64,000 nucleotides of DNA from a bacterium (GTDB lineage Bacteria; Hinthialibacterota; Hinthialibacteria; Hinthialibacterales; Hinthialibacteraceae): the NCBI GenBank assembly GCA_963662285.2, contig CAXXMV010000001.1, forward strand, positions 384,001 to 448,000, read 5' to 3'. Shown here piece after piece: positions 1 to 10,415 of the stretch (position 1 is its first letter; every line of letters starts with the position of its first letter). A program made the position numbers and the translations under genes. The notes beneath the pieces are model-generated. The model had not been told where the DNA came from and ran no database searches. It saw nothing but the letters and a program-made list of their open reading frames with translations.

Positions 1-988
1 TGGCCTGCCCCCGTGGAGAGAGGAAACCAAAGCCGTTGCATTGGCGTTCTATCGCGTCGCGGGAATACCCCATACCAACCACGGATAACGCATTATATGG
101 AATTGATCCCAGGTAATCGGCTGAATCCGGCATCAATGGCTTCAACATATCGGCAGCGCTATAAGCTGGCGTAGCCAAAATAACCGCTTGGGCATTTATG
201 TTATCAGCCGCGCCGTCAACCGTAATTGAATAACCGCCATCTGCTCCAGGTTCGATTGCAGTTACGGGTGATTGAAGATGAAGACGATCACCCAAAACCT
301 TGGCCATCGCTTGCGTGTTGGTCTCCATACCATCGATAAACGAGCACAGATTTTTAGCGCGTGGTTTTTTCTTACCTGCGTCCTTCCCTTTTTTACCCTT
401 AAAGGCTTTAGCTAAACCGCCCCGAACCAGCCCGCCGTGGTTGCGCTCCAGGTCGTATAGTATGCCAAAGGTTCCCCGCAGACTGAGTTTCTCGGGGTCG
501 CCGGCATAGACGCCCGAAACAAATGGAGTCACCAGGTTAGTAAGCACTTCATCCCCTAAACGGCGGCGCACGAACGACGCCAGGCTCTCATCCTCTTTGG
601 ATCGATTGGCGGAACGAAAGATTTCGGTCATCAAACGCCGTTTAGCTTTACCGGAGAGCAGTTTGGTTTTGATCAAGCCTCCCGGCCCGGTGGGTACATT
701 GTGCAGTTCGCCATCCAGAAAAACAAAGCGGTCATTGCCGCGCATGGATTGTTTCAATAACTCATTTTCCAATTTAAGGTCGCGGCATAATTCCACGGTA
801 TCAGGTGCATTATCCAAAAACGAATTGGGGCCTTTTTCAAACAGATAACCATCCTGCCGGATAGTCTGGATCACCCCGCCCGCCCGGTCTTCTTTTTCAA
901 AAACCTCAACCTCGCAGCCCTGTCGCATCAAGTAAAACGCTGCGGTCAATCCTGATATGCCTGCTCCGATAACGACGACTTTATTCAT
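1..988 (-). CDS. hemG: Protoporphyrinogen oxidase (HemY/HemG flavoprotein type), 3' end runs off the window
   Basis: Manual translation from ATG at 988: MNKVVVIGAGISGLTAAFYL (FAD-binding GxGxxG), then EKEDRAGGVIQT, EKGPNSF and FVSGVYAGDPEKLSL. Lies directly after hemN. Not in the ORF track because it is truncated. Confidence 0.9.
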   Translation of the reverse strand, partial: MNKVVVIGAGISGLTAAFYLMRQGCEVEVFEKEDRAGGVIQTIRQDGYLFEKGPNSFLDNAPDTVELCRDLKLENELLKQSMRGNDRFVFLDGELHNVPTGPGGLIKTKLLSGKAKRRLMTEIFRSANRSKEDESLASFVRRRLGDEVLTNLVTPFVSGVYAGDPEKLSLRGTFGILYDLERNHGGLVRGGLAKAFKGKKGKDAGKKKPRAKNLCSFIDGMETNTQAMAKVLGDRLHLQSPVTAIEPGADGGYSITVDGAADNINAQAVILATPAYSAADMLKPLMPDSADYLGSIPYNALSVVGMGYSRDAIERQCNGFGFLSPRGQA

Positions 989-1019
989 GATTTATTTCCT
1001 GGGTATTAGATATATAAAT

Positions 1020-2417
1020 TTATAACGTCCGCGAAAACTGCGCCGTCTTCGCTCCACTTTGCCTAGTTTTCTTCAGATATGCATCAAACACCATAGCGAT
1101 AGGGCGGATGATGATCTGCCCGGTGCGGGTAACTTTTATCTCTTCAGTAATATCAGGATCAATCAATCCATCATCCATAAATGGTTTTAACTGCTCCAGT
1201 TCTTCTGTGAAATAATTGTTAAATTCCAACTGCCAGATGCGACTGAATTCGGCCATGGATATACGCAGGTTGCACATTAATTCCATGATAGTCCATTTGC
1301 GGATACGGTCATCAAGCGAAAGTTCGATGCCTCTTTCCACCGGGAGGCGCCCGTTCAGCACTGCGTCCTGATATGGTTTTAACTTTTTGACATTCTGGAT
1401 ATAAAGCGCATCAAGGCTGCTGATGGATGATACCCCGAAAGAGTGCAGGTCGCTGCCCGCGCAGGTGGTGAAGCCCATAAAGTTACGCTGCAGGGTTCCC
1501 TGACGCTGCGCCAGGGTTAGTTCATCATCCGGTTTAGCGAAATGATCCATGCCTATATAGGCGTATCCGTTGTTGGTGAATCCCTCAATGGCTGATTGAA
1601 AAATAGCGAACCGTTCTTCTACATCAGGCAGCAATGAAGCGTCGATCCGTTTTTGATGCGCCAGTTTTTGGGGAAGATAAGCCCAGTTATACAAGGCGAT
1701 GCGGTCGGGATTAATCTCATATATAGTTTGCAGAGTTTCCGAAAAACTTGATACGCTTTGGGCTGGCAATCCATACACCAAATCGATGTTAATGCTGTCG
1801 AATCCTTTACTGCGGCACAAATCGATAAACGCTCTGGTATCCTCGACGCTTTGCTTCCGTTTGATGGCTTGCTGCGTAACAGGAGAAAAATCCTGTACTC
1901 CAATAGAGATTCGATTAAAACCCAGATTCCTCAGCCCATCCAAATGCTCTTCGCTGGTTATACGCAAATCAACTTCGATGGATCGTTCTGCGTTATGTTC
2001 AAAATCGAAAAGTTTTGTAACATTCTCCAGCATCTGGTTTAGCGTAGCGGGCGGGAGATGAGTCGGCGTCCCCCCGCCAAGGTGGAATTGATTAACCATA
2101 CGGTTATCGGAGAGTTTGCCGGCGATTAGCCCTGCTTCACGGGTGATAAGGTCGACATAACCATCAAGCACATCCTCATGATTGGTGACAATCACATTAC
2201 AGGCGCAGAAATGACATCGGTCAGGACAAAATGGAACATGAATATACAAGGATAGAGGCCGGGGATGGGTAATGTTGTTGGCTTCATGGATGTGGCGCCA
2301 ATAATCATCTTCGCCCACTACATCGCTCCATTCAGGCGCTGTAGGATAACTGGTATACCTTGGGCCGCGTCCGGAATATTTGTTGATCAGATCGTAAATC
2401 CGGGTAAAATCAGTCAT
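1020..2417 (-). CDS. hemN: Oxygen-independent coproporphyrinogen III oxidase (radical SAM)
   Basis: GPRYTSYPTA, LSLYIHVPFC-x3-C-x2-C, GGGTPT, IGMDHFAKP, LQRNFMG, FSRTL end. Start put at the second Met; the ORF track starts at 2450. Confidence 0.95.
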   Translation of the reverse strand: MTDFTRIYDLINKYSGRGPRYTSYPTAPEWSDVVGEDDYWRHIHEANNITHPRPLSLYIHVPFCPDRCHFCACNVIVTNHEDVLDGYVDLITREAGLIAGKLSDNRMVNQFHLGGGTPTHLPPATLNQMLENVTKLFDFEHNAERSIEVDLRITSEEHLDGLRNLGFNRISIGVQDFSPVTQQAIKRKQSVEDTRAFIDLCRSKGFDSINIDLVYGLPAQSVSSFSETLQTIYEINPDRIALYNWAYLPQKLAHQKRIDASLLPDVEERFAIFQSAIEGFTNNGYAYIGMDHFAKPDDELTLAQRQGTLQRNFMGFTTCAGSDLHSFGVSSISSLDALYIQNVKKLKPYQDAVLNGRLPVERGIELSLDDRIRKWTIMELMCNLRISMAEFSRIWQLEFNNYFTEELEQLKPFMDDGLIDPDITEEIKVTRTGQIIIRPIAMVFDAYLKKTRQSGAKTAQFSRTL

Positions 2418-2433
2418 GCAATTTTCCGACTTA

Positions 2434-3504
2434 TTATTTGCAGTATTCATAACTCTTCACGGTCTCAATCAGGGCTTGGACGCTTTCCACCGGAGTACCG
2501 GGAAGTACGCCATGCCCCAGGTTGAATATATGCCCGGTGGTTCGTTTGAGATTATGTAATATTTGCTGCGCCTGCTGGCTTACAATTTCCGGTGGAGCAT
2601 ATAGCGCAGTAGGATCAAGGTTGCCTTGCAGAACAACCTGCTCGCCTAAAATATCAGCCGCCTCCTGCAAATCGATGCGCCAGTCCAGACTTAGGACAGA
2701 CGCCCCGGCGTCCTTCATTTCATTAAGCACGGGCGTTGATCCTTTGACATAAAGAATTATAGGGACGCCATCGCTTTTAATAGCGTCAATAATCCGTTTT
2801 TGATAAGGCAATGCGAAACGCCGGTAATTGCTTCTACTCAATTCGCCAGCCCAGGTATCGAAAATCTGCACCACGTCAGCGCCTGCTTTGATCTGGATGC
2901 GTAGATAATCAATGACCGTTTCGGTAATTTTATCCATAGCTTCTTCAAGCAGTCTGGGCTGGGAGAAGAGAACCTCTTTGATATAACGCAAGTTCTTGCT
3001 GGTGACGCCTTCGATCATATAGGAGGCCATAGTAAATGGAGCGCCCGCGAAACCAAGGATAGGGACGTCATCGCCAACGCTTTTGCGGATAGCCCTGATA
3101 GACTCATAAACCGGGGGCGTCTCATCAAACACGCCGCGATGGATTTTATCGAAATCCACTTGTTTTCTAATCGGTGGAGTCACGGCTGGACCGCTGTCGG
3201 CGAAATCGACCCTCTGCCCCATGTGTTCCAGAGGTATCAATATATCGTTGAAGACGATGATGGCGTCCACCCCGATTATGTTATAAGGTTGAATGGATAT
3301 CTCCGCTGCGATATCCGGCTGACGGCACATTTCCAGAAAAGTATAATTTTTCTTGACCGCCTGATAAGCAGGCAAGTAGCGCCCCGCCTGACGCATCAGC
3401 CAGACAGGGGGGCGGTCAATCGGCAATCTATCGATGGCTCGCAGCAAACGCTGCTTTGGCGTATAGATTTGCTTCTGCATTTCAGAATTAAGTGATGGAG
3501 TCAT
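2434..3504 (-). CDS. hemE: Uroporphyrinogen decarboxylase
   Basis: PPVWLMRQAGRYLP, GFAGAPFT, QIFDTWAG, LQGNLDP, IFNLGHG motifs. Confidence 0.96.
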   Translation of the reverse strand: MTPSLNSEMQKQIYTPKQRLLRAIDRLPIDRPPVWLMRQAGRYLPAYQAVKKNYTFLEMCRQPDIAAEISIQPYNIIGVDAIIVFNDILIPLEHMGQRVDFADSGPAVTPPIRKQVDFDKIHRGVFDETPPVYESIRAIRKSVGDDVPILGFAGAPFTMASYMIEGVTSKNLRYIKEVLFSQPRLLEEAMDKITETVIDYLRIQIKAGADVVQIFDTWAGELSRSNYRRFALPYQKRIIDAIKSDGVPIILYVKGSTPVLNEMKDAGASVLSLDWRIDLQEAADILGEQVVLQGNLDPTALYAPPEIVSQQAQQILHNLKRTTGHIFNLGHGVLPGTPVESVQALIETVKSYEYCK

Positions 3505-3539
3505 GATTGATTATTTCCAATTCACTGGTTAAGCCCAGA

Positions 3540-4871
3540 TTAATTATTCAAAATATCCGAATCGGAAGAATCTCTTGCGCCGCATTCTGCTGCAAACAAA
3601 TCGGCCAGACATTGAGCCGCGTTAGGACAGGTGCGCATGGTTTTATTCTGCCGCATGTTTCTTCTGGGAGTAAGGATAATACGTTCGGTCAAACGATACA
3701 TACGCGTCTTGATAGTATCGCGTTGTTCTTCAGAAAGATTCGGCAACAATTTTAAAATTTCATTTATCTCTTCCTGACATATAACTCCTGCGAATTTACC
3801 TAGTTCCTGCGCCAGATCATCAATATGAAAAGGCAGCGGCCATGGGCCAAGTTCTTCCAGTTCATCTTTTAGTATTTCTTCCGCCAGCGCTATTTGGCTG
3901 GAACGCAGATCCTGATTGCCCTGCGCAATTTCTCTCAGCGAATCAAGATCGATCAGTTTCACTCCATCAAGTTGAGCAATAGCTGGATCAATGTCGGGCG
4001 GCAAAGCTATATCGATAAACAGGCGTTTTTTACCAATATTAAACGCTTCACTATCAAGCATTGATTTAGTAATAAGTTGATTAGGAGCTGTGGTGGCGCT
4101 GATAACCATATCCGACTCGGTCACTACTTTTTCCAGTTCATCGAAATCATAGACGACGCCATTGACTGTTTCGGTCAATTCAACGCTTTTCCGCCTACTA
4201 CGGTTGATGATCCTCAACTCTTTTACATTGGCGTCCTGAATATACTTGGCGGTTAAGGCGCCCATCTTACCCACACCGATCACGGTTGCTGTGATATTTT
4301 CCAGGGAACCAAAATGTTGTTTGGCGTAATCAACCGCCAGCGCGGCAATGGAGACTTTACCTTTTCCCAATCCGGTTTCATTCCGGATGCGTTTGGCTAT
4401 CGTGAATGCCCTTTGGAATAGTATATGGAACACCTTGCTAGCCGTACCCAATGAAAGCGAATGCTCGTATGCTTCTTTAACCTGCCCCATTATCTGCGCA
4501 TCGCCAATCACCATCGATTCCATCGAAGAGACCAGCCGGAAAAAATGCTCCACCGCCTGAGCATCTACCAAAACATCCAATCCCTCGCGGATGCTCTCCA
4601 GAGAAGCGCCTGAATGATGCGCAATTTCATGAACAATCGCGTGAGCGGCGTCTTTCACAGAATGAACCGCCACAAAAAATTCCGTCCGGTTGCAGGTGCA
4701 CAATCCAGCGATCTCCGCAATCGAAGCATTGTCGTGCAGATTAGTTAAAAACTGACTTAATTCGCTGTGTTCGAACGTAAAATCAGGGAGAGTTCGTAAA
4801 GACAAGTTCTTATGGTTCAACGTAATAACGATGAAATGTTCGGGCGCCTCAGTGTTATTGTGTACTACCAT
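3540..4871 (-). CDS. hemA: Glutamyl-tRNA reductase
   Basis: TCNRTE catalytic motif, SMVIGDAQIMGQVK, GVGKMG NADPH-binding motif, DIALPPDID. Confidence 0.93.
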   Translation of the reverse strand: MVVHNNTEAPEHFIVITLNHKNLSLRTLPDFTFEHSELSQFLTNLHDNASIAEIAGLCTCNRTEFFVAVHSVKDAAHAIVHEIAHHSGASLESIREGLDVLVDAQAVEHFFRLVSSMESMVIGDAQIMGQVKEAYEHSLSLGTASKVFHILFQRAFTIAKRIRNETGLGKGKVSIAALAVDYAKQHFGSLENITATVIGVGKMGALTAKYIQDANVKELRIINRSRRKSVELTETVNGVVYDFDELEKVVTESDMVISATTAPNQLITKSMLDSEAFNIGKKRLFIDIALPPDIDPAIAQLDGVKLIDLDSLREIAQGNQDLRSSQIALAEEILKDELEELGPWPLPFHIDDLAQELGKFAGVICQEEINEILKLLPNLSEEQRDTIKTRMYRLTERIILTPRRNMRQNKTMRTCPNAAQCLADLFAAECGARDSSDSDILNN

Positions 4872-5094
4872 TTCACTGCTTATCCTAAATTATCATAAAA
4901 AATAAAAGCGAATTCTTTAAAAACGCTCCGTAAAACCTGCTTTTTTATATCAAAAACAACAAGTTATCTTACTAATTCTTATTCATTTACAGTATATAAA
5001 CTAGAGGGATTAGCCAATTTTAAAATTCAACATCATTGTAATGAAATAAATATGTAGCCGGAGTTGATAATAGAGGAGATTAAAAAAGTAAAAT

Positions 5095-5171
5095 TGGGGT
5101 GGCTGACGGGACTTGAACCCGCGACTGCTGGAACCACAATCCAGAGCTCTACCAACTGAGCTACAGCCACC
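5095..5171 (-). tRNA. tRNA-His (GUG)
   Basis: Reverse complement GGTGGCTGTAGCTCAGTTGGTAGAGCTCTGGATTGTGGTTCCAGCAGTCGCGGGTTCAAGTCCCGTCAGCCACCCCA: cloverleaf, anticodon GTG, G-1:C73 pair, encoded CCA. Confidence 0.97.
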
Positions 5172-5255
5172 ATAAATTACGAAATCCAGATTGGGATTAT
5201 ATCTCGAACCGTTATTCTTCTCAACCCGCAGTATTAATAGTTATGATAAATTATA

Positions 5256-6410
5256 CTAATAAGAAGATATTTTCAACGTATTACCATAAACCTGTTCGGT
5301 AAGCGCAGTCATACCAACCAAATTATGATGTTTTTCAAGAGTCTCCCTGGCGTTTTGCACAATTTCTGGAACCTCGTCCCACGCTTCCCTGCTCCGCTTA
5401 ATCTCATCGGCGATGCCCGTAATGCTATTCCTGGCCAGATATCCATTATAACCATGTTTTATTAAATCGAATGATCCGGGAACATTAGTGGCGATCACCG
5501 GCGTCTGAACCGCCCACGCTTCCAGCACAGTCAACGGAAGTCCTTCCCATAACGAAGGCAGAACGCATAAATCCATCGCCGGGTACAACCGGGTCGCTTC
5601 TGGCAGGTTTCCAGTGAAGATGCATCGATCAGAAATTTGCACCGACTCAACCAACGTCTCTAACATGCGGCGTTTCGGCCCGTCTCCTACAAGCAATAGA
5701 TAGATATCGTCATAACTGTCAAGCAGTATGCGAAAGGCGCGAATCAGACGACTGACCGATTTCTGCCATTGCAGACGGCACACCGCGCCAATGACGAAAG
5801 CGTCATAAGGAATATCATACGTATCACGTATTTCATGGTTTATATGTTTTAGTTCTGTTTTGGACAATTGCTTAAAGGGAATAGCATTTTCGATAACAGT
5901 TGTTTTCCCCGATGCCTCAGGAATCTCATTAAGCAATTCATTCTGCGTACTTTGCGACACGCAGATAAAGGCATCGGTCCATCGGCTTAGAAAACGCTCA
6001 GTAGCGTTGACCCATAATTTTTCGACAGGATCAGAGTAATGCGCTGGATGATAGCCATGCACGGTATATATCATAGGCGCTAGTCGTCGGATCAAGCGGC
6101 AGGTCATTCGAGCAATCAAAGCCGCCCGGTGACCATGACAATGGATATGAGTCCAGGGCTGACTTTCCAGGATGGAGCGTAACGAGATGACCGCTTCAAG
6201 CGGCAATGCGGCATCAAGCGAAACCGGGTAAAATCGAATACCGGCTGACTCAATAATGGCGCGTAGAGAGGGATTATCATCCGGCGCTGCTATGGCCGTG
6301 ACGCATCCCCTTTGATTTAATGTTTTTGAAAGGTGCAATACATGCTGCGCGGCGCCGCCCTTCAGCGAAGCTGTAATATGAAGAATATGAAACGATTGGG
6401 CAGTAGGCAT
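5256..6410 (-). CDS. Glycosyltransferase family 4
   Basis: GGAAQH N-terminal motif, IYTVHG, LVGDGP, PSLWEGLPLTVLEAWA. Confidence 0.92.
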   Translation of the reverse strand: MPTAQSFHILHITASLKGGAAQHVLHLSKTLNQRGCVTAIAAPDDNPSLRAIIESAGIRFYPVSLDAALPLEAVISLRSILESQPWTHIHCHGHRAALIARMTCRLIRRLAPMIYTVHGYHPAHYSDPVEKLWVNATERFLSRWTDAFICVSQSTQNELLNEIPEASGKTTVIENAIPFKQLSKTELKHINHEIRDTYDIPYDAFVIGAVCRLQWQKSVSRLIRAFRILLDSYDDIYLLLVGDGPKRRMLETLVESVQISDRCIFTGNLPEATRLYPAMDLCVLPSLWEGLPLTVLEAWAVQTPVIATNVPGSFDLIKHGYNGYLARNSITGIADEIKRSREAWDEVPEIVQNARETLEKHHNLVGMTALTEQVYGNTLKISSY

Positions 6411-6421
6411 TTGAAAAACCC

Positions 6422-7330
6422 CTATGCGCCCGTCTTCCCCCAGATATCACGGAAAATCTGCCAGGAAGTGGAACGGTCAAAGCCTGAACGGCCTCCGATT
6501 ATCCATCGACCTATAATCTTTAACGTAAGATAAATACGTAATTTAAGAAGACTAAATGAGCCAAAATGCTTTTGTGTGAAATAACACTGGCTGCGCCGGT
6601 ATTCGATCTCCGCCATATCGGGGTCTTGATCGACGCTCACGCCATGGGCATGTCTGATATGCGCTTCGGATGTGTGATAAACAGAAAATCCCTTTTCCCT
6701 GGCTCGAAGGCACCAGTCAATGTCTTCAAAGAATAGAAAGAAATTTTGATCCCACGGCCCGATATCCATTGCGGTGGAACGCGTGAAAAACATGCACGAA
6801 CCTGAAACCCAATCCACTACACGGGTTTTGCAACTCTGAGCCAACAATTCCTGTCTGGCCCAAGGTTCACGCTCAGCGGCGGCTCTATCCAACCGGCGGC
6901 GCTTGGCTTCAGCGGTTGGCGTGGGAAACTCTCCCCAGGTAAGTTGAGGAAAATCGTCCTCTTCAAAATGCAGGGGAGCGATAATACCCGGAAAATCCAA
7001 CCTATCCCAGATGCGTTTGATTTTAGCAATTGTATCAGGCGATATTTCAATATCACTGTTAAGTAAAAGAATTTCGCGTTCTTGGGTAGATGCCAGTCCT
7101 TCGTTGACCGCAGCTGAATAACCGTCATTTTCTTCCCGTTCGATAATCTGAACATCGGGAAACCGGGTTTTCACCATATCCACGCTTCCATCGCTGGAAT
7201 TATTATCCACTACGGTAATTCTAAGCTGGACGCACCGGGCAGGAGAATCTGCTTCCCTCTGAGTCAATCTTTCAAGCAGCGTTTGTAAATATGAGGAACA
7301 GTTGTAGTTAACAATGATTACATCGATCAC
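6422..7330 (-). CDS. Glycosyltransferase family 2 (WbbL/rhamnosyltransferase-like)
   Basis: VIIVNYN, VVDNNSSDGS, LLLNSD, VDWVSGSCM, FFLFFEDIDWC. Confidence 0.9.
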   Translation of the reverse strand: MIDVIIVNYNCSSYLQTLLERLTQREADSPARCVQLRITVVDNNSSDGSVDMVKTRFPDVQIIEREENDGYSAAVNEGLASTQEREILLLNSDIEISPDTIAKIKRIWDRLDFPGIIAPLHFEEDDFPQLTWGEFPTPTAEAKRRRLDRAAAEREPWARQELLAQSCKTRVVDWVSGSCMFFTRSTAMDIGPWDQNFFLFFEDIDWCLRAREKGFSVYHTSEAHIRHAHGVSVDQDPDMAEIEYRRSQCYFTQKHFGSFSLLKLRIYLTLKIIGRWIIGGRSGFDRSTSWQIFRDIWGKTGA

Positions 7331-7389
7331 TGGAGTTTATCTCTTCATGTATACAGGTTAATTAATAAACGAATCACACCCATTGTAGT

Positions 7390-7440
7390 AAAAAAAAAAA
7401 TCCCTGGCAGGGCTTCACAAAATAAACCTGCCAGGGATTT
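7390..7440 (-). terminator. Intrinsic terminator after the DUF6807 gene
   Basis: AAATCCCTGGCAGG...CCTGCCAGGGATTT stem next to a long A run on the plus strand (U tract on the minus strand). Confidence 0.8.
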
Positions 7441-7457
7441 GATTTAATATATATCGG

Positions 7458-8720
7458 TTATTTCAGGATAATAGTAGGAGCATTGCTGAAATTAGCGTAT
7501 GCTTCTGCAACCTTACCCTGTTCTGCGTCGCCTGCATGGATGTAGACGCGGTATTTCATATTCCAGGTTTTACCTTTTTCCAAGATTTGGCTTCCATCTT
7601 TTGATTTGTCGATAAAATGCGACAATCCAAATGGATTAGCAGTAAAAAGCCCATAATCCCGGACATGATAGCGCATCGGGTAAAATGGATTGGTTGGATA
7701 ATCCATGATTGTCATACCAACCGTCTTGCCATCAACCGGACCGCTGTAGTCGCACCAGGGCGCTGGTTTGCCCCAGCACTGACCGGCGCCGACACCACCT
7801 TTAGAATTTAAGATGGTTCCACCTTTTTCTTTATTTATCAATTTTTCACGCATTGTGGCCGCCACGCGCAACGCAACCAATCCACCTTCTTTGGTATCGC
7901 CGAATTTCACATCGCCTTCAGTGGCTTTGAAGGTTAAATCGAAGTCAATCATTCTTGCGCAGTCCGGGGTTCCCCAGATGGTAAGGATGCGTTCTTCTTC
8001 GAATATCTTTTTGCCTTGATGATCTACCCAGTCCAAAACAGCGGAAATTCTACCGGCGGCTGGAGCAACCGAAGTAATATATTCCTGCTGTTTGGTAAAA
8101 CCATGATCTGCGGAGAGACCCCAGAAATCCACGCCATTAACATCACCGTGCGACACCCAAAGCGACTGATGATGAGGATGATCTTCACTCTCGCCTTCGA
8201 CTTTTTTCATGGGGAAATTGCGCGTCATGGGCGCTCCGCCCGGTCCAAGCAGTGGATAAAAATTTGGCCACATTTTTTTATTTTCAACGACGGTGTAATC
8301 GTAGGTAGAAAATGGTTTTCCCGCGATAGTGATATCAATAGCGCCGTTTTTTTCTTTGAACTCCACCGGATTAGCGATGAAAGTTGTACCAACCTCGATC
8401 TGATAAGTGCGCGCTTCCCAGGCTTTCATTCCGTCGATCACAAAGGCCAGTTCGATTCCATCTTTAGAGGGAAGAACCGCAATTGATGCAGTCTGTTGTT
8501 CACATACAGCGCGAAGCGGCTCACCCGATTTGGCTGCTTTATATAATTCCGAATCCGGGGGAACAGAGACGGTGACCGGGCAATTATCACGCGCTTTGTT
8601 ACCAGCGTTGACCAATATCTCGCCTTTACTGTCGAAGGCGTTGGCTGCCGGAGCAGTGAAAATGATAGTGCAAATCAAAGTCGCCAGCAGTAATTCGATG
8701 ATTGAAAACTTGAATTTCAT
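7458..8720 (-). CDS. Secreted DUF6807 ('PmoA family') protein
   Basis: Signal peptide; DHPHH-x-LW, FGDTKEGG, WCDYSG and HVRDYGLFTANPFG motifs. Confidence 0.8.
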   Translation of the reverse strand: MKFKFSIIELLLATLICTIIFTAPAANAFDSKGEILVNAGNKARDNCPVTVSVPPDSELYKAAKSGEPLRAVCEQQTASIAVLPSKDGIELAFVIDGMKAWEARTYQIEVGTTFIANPVEFKEKNGAIDITIAGKPFSTYDYTVVENKKMWPNFYPLLGPGGAPMTRNFPMKKVEGESEDHPHHQSLWVSHGDVNGVDFWGLSADHGFTKQQEYITSVAPAAGRISAVLDWVDHQGKKIFEEERILTIWGTPDCARMIDFDLTFKATEGDVKFGDTKEGGLVALRVAATMREKLINKEKGGTILNSKGGVGAGQCWGKPAPWCDYSGPVDGKTVGMTIMDYPTNPFYPMRYHVRDYGLFTANPFGLSHFIDKSKDGSQILEKGKTWNMKYRVYIHAGDAEQGKVAEAYANFSNAPTIILK

Positions 8721-8761
8721 AATTATTTCTCCCGCTTTTAATTAAGTTGTAATAGAATAAT

Positions 8762-8855
8762 TATCCCTCCCCCAAGCCTGGGGGATGCTAGGAGGGGATT
8801 GATTAGTCGAGACGCAACCCCCCTCTAACTCCCCCCAGGCTTGGGGGGAGAATTC
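8762..8855. repeat. REP-like double-hairpin element (CCCCCAAGCCTGGGGG family), copy 1
   Basis: Two G/C-rich hairpins; closely matches the reverse complement of 55494-55586. Confidence 0.8.
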
Positions 8856-8900
8856 TATCATCTACACATTAATATTACACATTAATATTACGCAAAAACT

Positions 8901-9728
8901 TTATGCAAAAACTTTTTTAAGAAACTCGATGCTTTCTTTGGCGATGGTTTCTCCATCTGGAGTATAATCAAATACTTCAACTGATACATAACCATCGTAG
9001 TTAATCTCTTTAAGGGCGGCGGCGATGGGAACGAAATCAACGTCGCCAGTTCCGGGGCCTTTTAGATTACGGTCGTTAGCGTGGAAATGCTTCAGCATTT
9101 CTTTGTGCTCCCGGATAATATAAGCAGGTGGATAATATTCTCCACCGCACATGGCTTTAGCGTCCAGGTGAAGTTGAAAATTGGGGTGATTAACCGCTCT
9201 TATCAATTCAGCGCCATCACGGCCTGAGTTGATAAAGTTGGTTTCAACGTGTGTTAATGGTTCAAAACAGATGGTGACGCCGCATTCCGCCGCCAAGTCC
9301 ATGCATCCCTGATAGAATTCCACCGCACGCTTAAACACATCCTGATAGAACTCTCCGGGAGTCCAGTCGCGCTGCTTAGGCGAACCATGCACCATTACCT
9401 TACCGCCCAGTTCAGCGCAGAAGCGGATCAGTTCTTTATAGTAGTCCTGCGATTCCCGACGGATCTTATCATCCGGGCAATTGATATGCAGTGGCTTATC
9501 GCAGCCCTGGGGAACCACCAGCAGCCAATGAAGGCCGATGATCTCAACGCCATTATCATCGGCGATCTTTTTAATTTCCCGCCGTTCCTCTGTTGAAATA
9601 TCGGTCACAAGTTTACCAAGCGTAAATGGCGCCAGTTCGACGCCTTGATAGCCGCATTTCCCCGCGCACACGCAGGCGTCTTGCCATGTTTGATTCTGAA
9701 AGGTTTCATTACAAATAGCAAATTTCAT
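8901..9728 (-). CDS. Sugar phosphate isomerase/epimerase (D-tagatose 3-epimerase-like TIM barrel)
   Basis: MKFAICNETF, GVELAPF, CFEPL, HLD, HFHAND, VSVEVFD; GGAG RBS before 9728. Confidence 0.88.
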   Translation of the reverse strand: MKFAICNETFQNQTWQDACVCAGKCGYQGVELAPFTLGKLVTDISTEERREIKKIADDNGVEIIGLHWLLVVPQGCDKPLHINCPDDKIRRESQDYYKELIRFCAELGGKVMVHGSPKQRDWTPGEFYQDVFKRAVEFYQGCMDLAAECGVTICFEPLTHVETNFINSGRDGAELIRAVNHPNFQLHLDAKAMCGGEYYPPAYIIREHKEMLKHFHANDRNLKGPGTGDVDFVPIAAALKEINYDGYVSVEVFDYTPDGETIAKESIEFLKKVFA

Positions 9729-9800
9729 GGATTTCTCCCTGGATAGGATCAAGCGCTTCAAGAAAGGTTTGCCTGATCCATGATTAACGATAACGTAATT

Positions 9801-10271
9801 TTACGAATTTGTGTCGGGGATAGTCAAGGTATAAACCGGCATGATTTCAAAAGGATGCACCTGTTTTTCGGACAGCGTATCATCAGGTTTCAGAAAAATA
9901 ACCGAAATTATGTTGGAAGAAAGACAATAAACCACTCCAGCGCTATCTTCCGGGACGTCGCCTATATCATTATTGGCCGTGACGTAATGCCCCACCTCGA
10001 TCACCATATTGCGGTACACGATCGACGGCTCGCTCTGTTTTACTTTCTCCAGGCACGACGCCATCAGGTCGCAATCCTCCTGCGACTTGATTCGATCCAG
10101 GATAAAGCGAAGTCCATCACCCAGATGGGTATCCTGAAATTCAGGATATTCCTCCAGCACCCGCCTTTGTCGGAGGCACTGGGCAATCGAAGAGACAGTC
10201 GATTCCGTATACGATACGAATATCGACCAGATCAGGGCTTTTAGGTATAAAAGAAAGTTTCTGGTTTGCAT
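9801..10271 (-). CDS. Hypothetical protein
   Basis: 156-aa ORF co-oriented with downstream genes; no motif recognised. Confidence 0.55.
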   Translation of the reverse strand: MQTRNFLLYLKALIWSIFVSYTESTVSSIAQCLRQRRVLEEYPEFQDTHLGDGLRFILDRIKSQEDCDLMASCLEKVKQSEPSIVYRNMVIEVGHYVTANNDIGDVPEDSAGVVYCLSSNIISVIFLKPDDTLSEKQVHPFEIMPVYTLTIPDTNS

Positions 10272-10415
10272 AATAATTTATAATAACCCATGCTAAAGAA
10301 AATCTATAGTCGAGTTGTAGATATTCGAATCACTAGACGATGGCTCTGATTTTTCTTTATAATAATGACTTTATAACATTCTACATGAACCTATCAACAA
10401 CAAAAAGGAAATAAT

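Noticed and set aside
5095-5171. tRNA-His as an integration site for an island
   Set aside because: No integrase nearby and no duplicated tRNA 3' end noticed
7458-8720. Particulate methane monooxygenase
   Set aside because: The 'PmoA family' label for DUF6807 is misleading; this is a soluble secreted protein with no pmoCAB context
8864-8890. 13-bp tandem duplication ACACATTAATATT x2
   Set aside because: Too short and AT-rich to assign a function; it could be a slippage scar next to the REP
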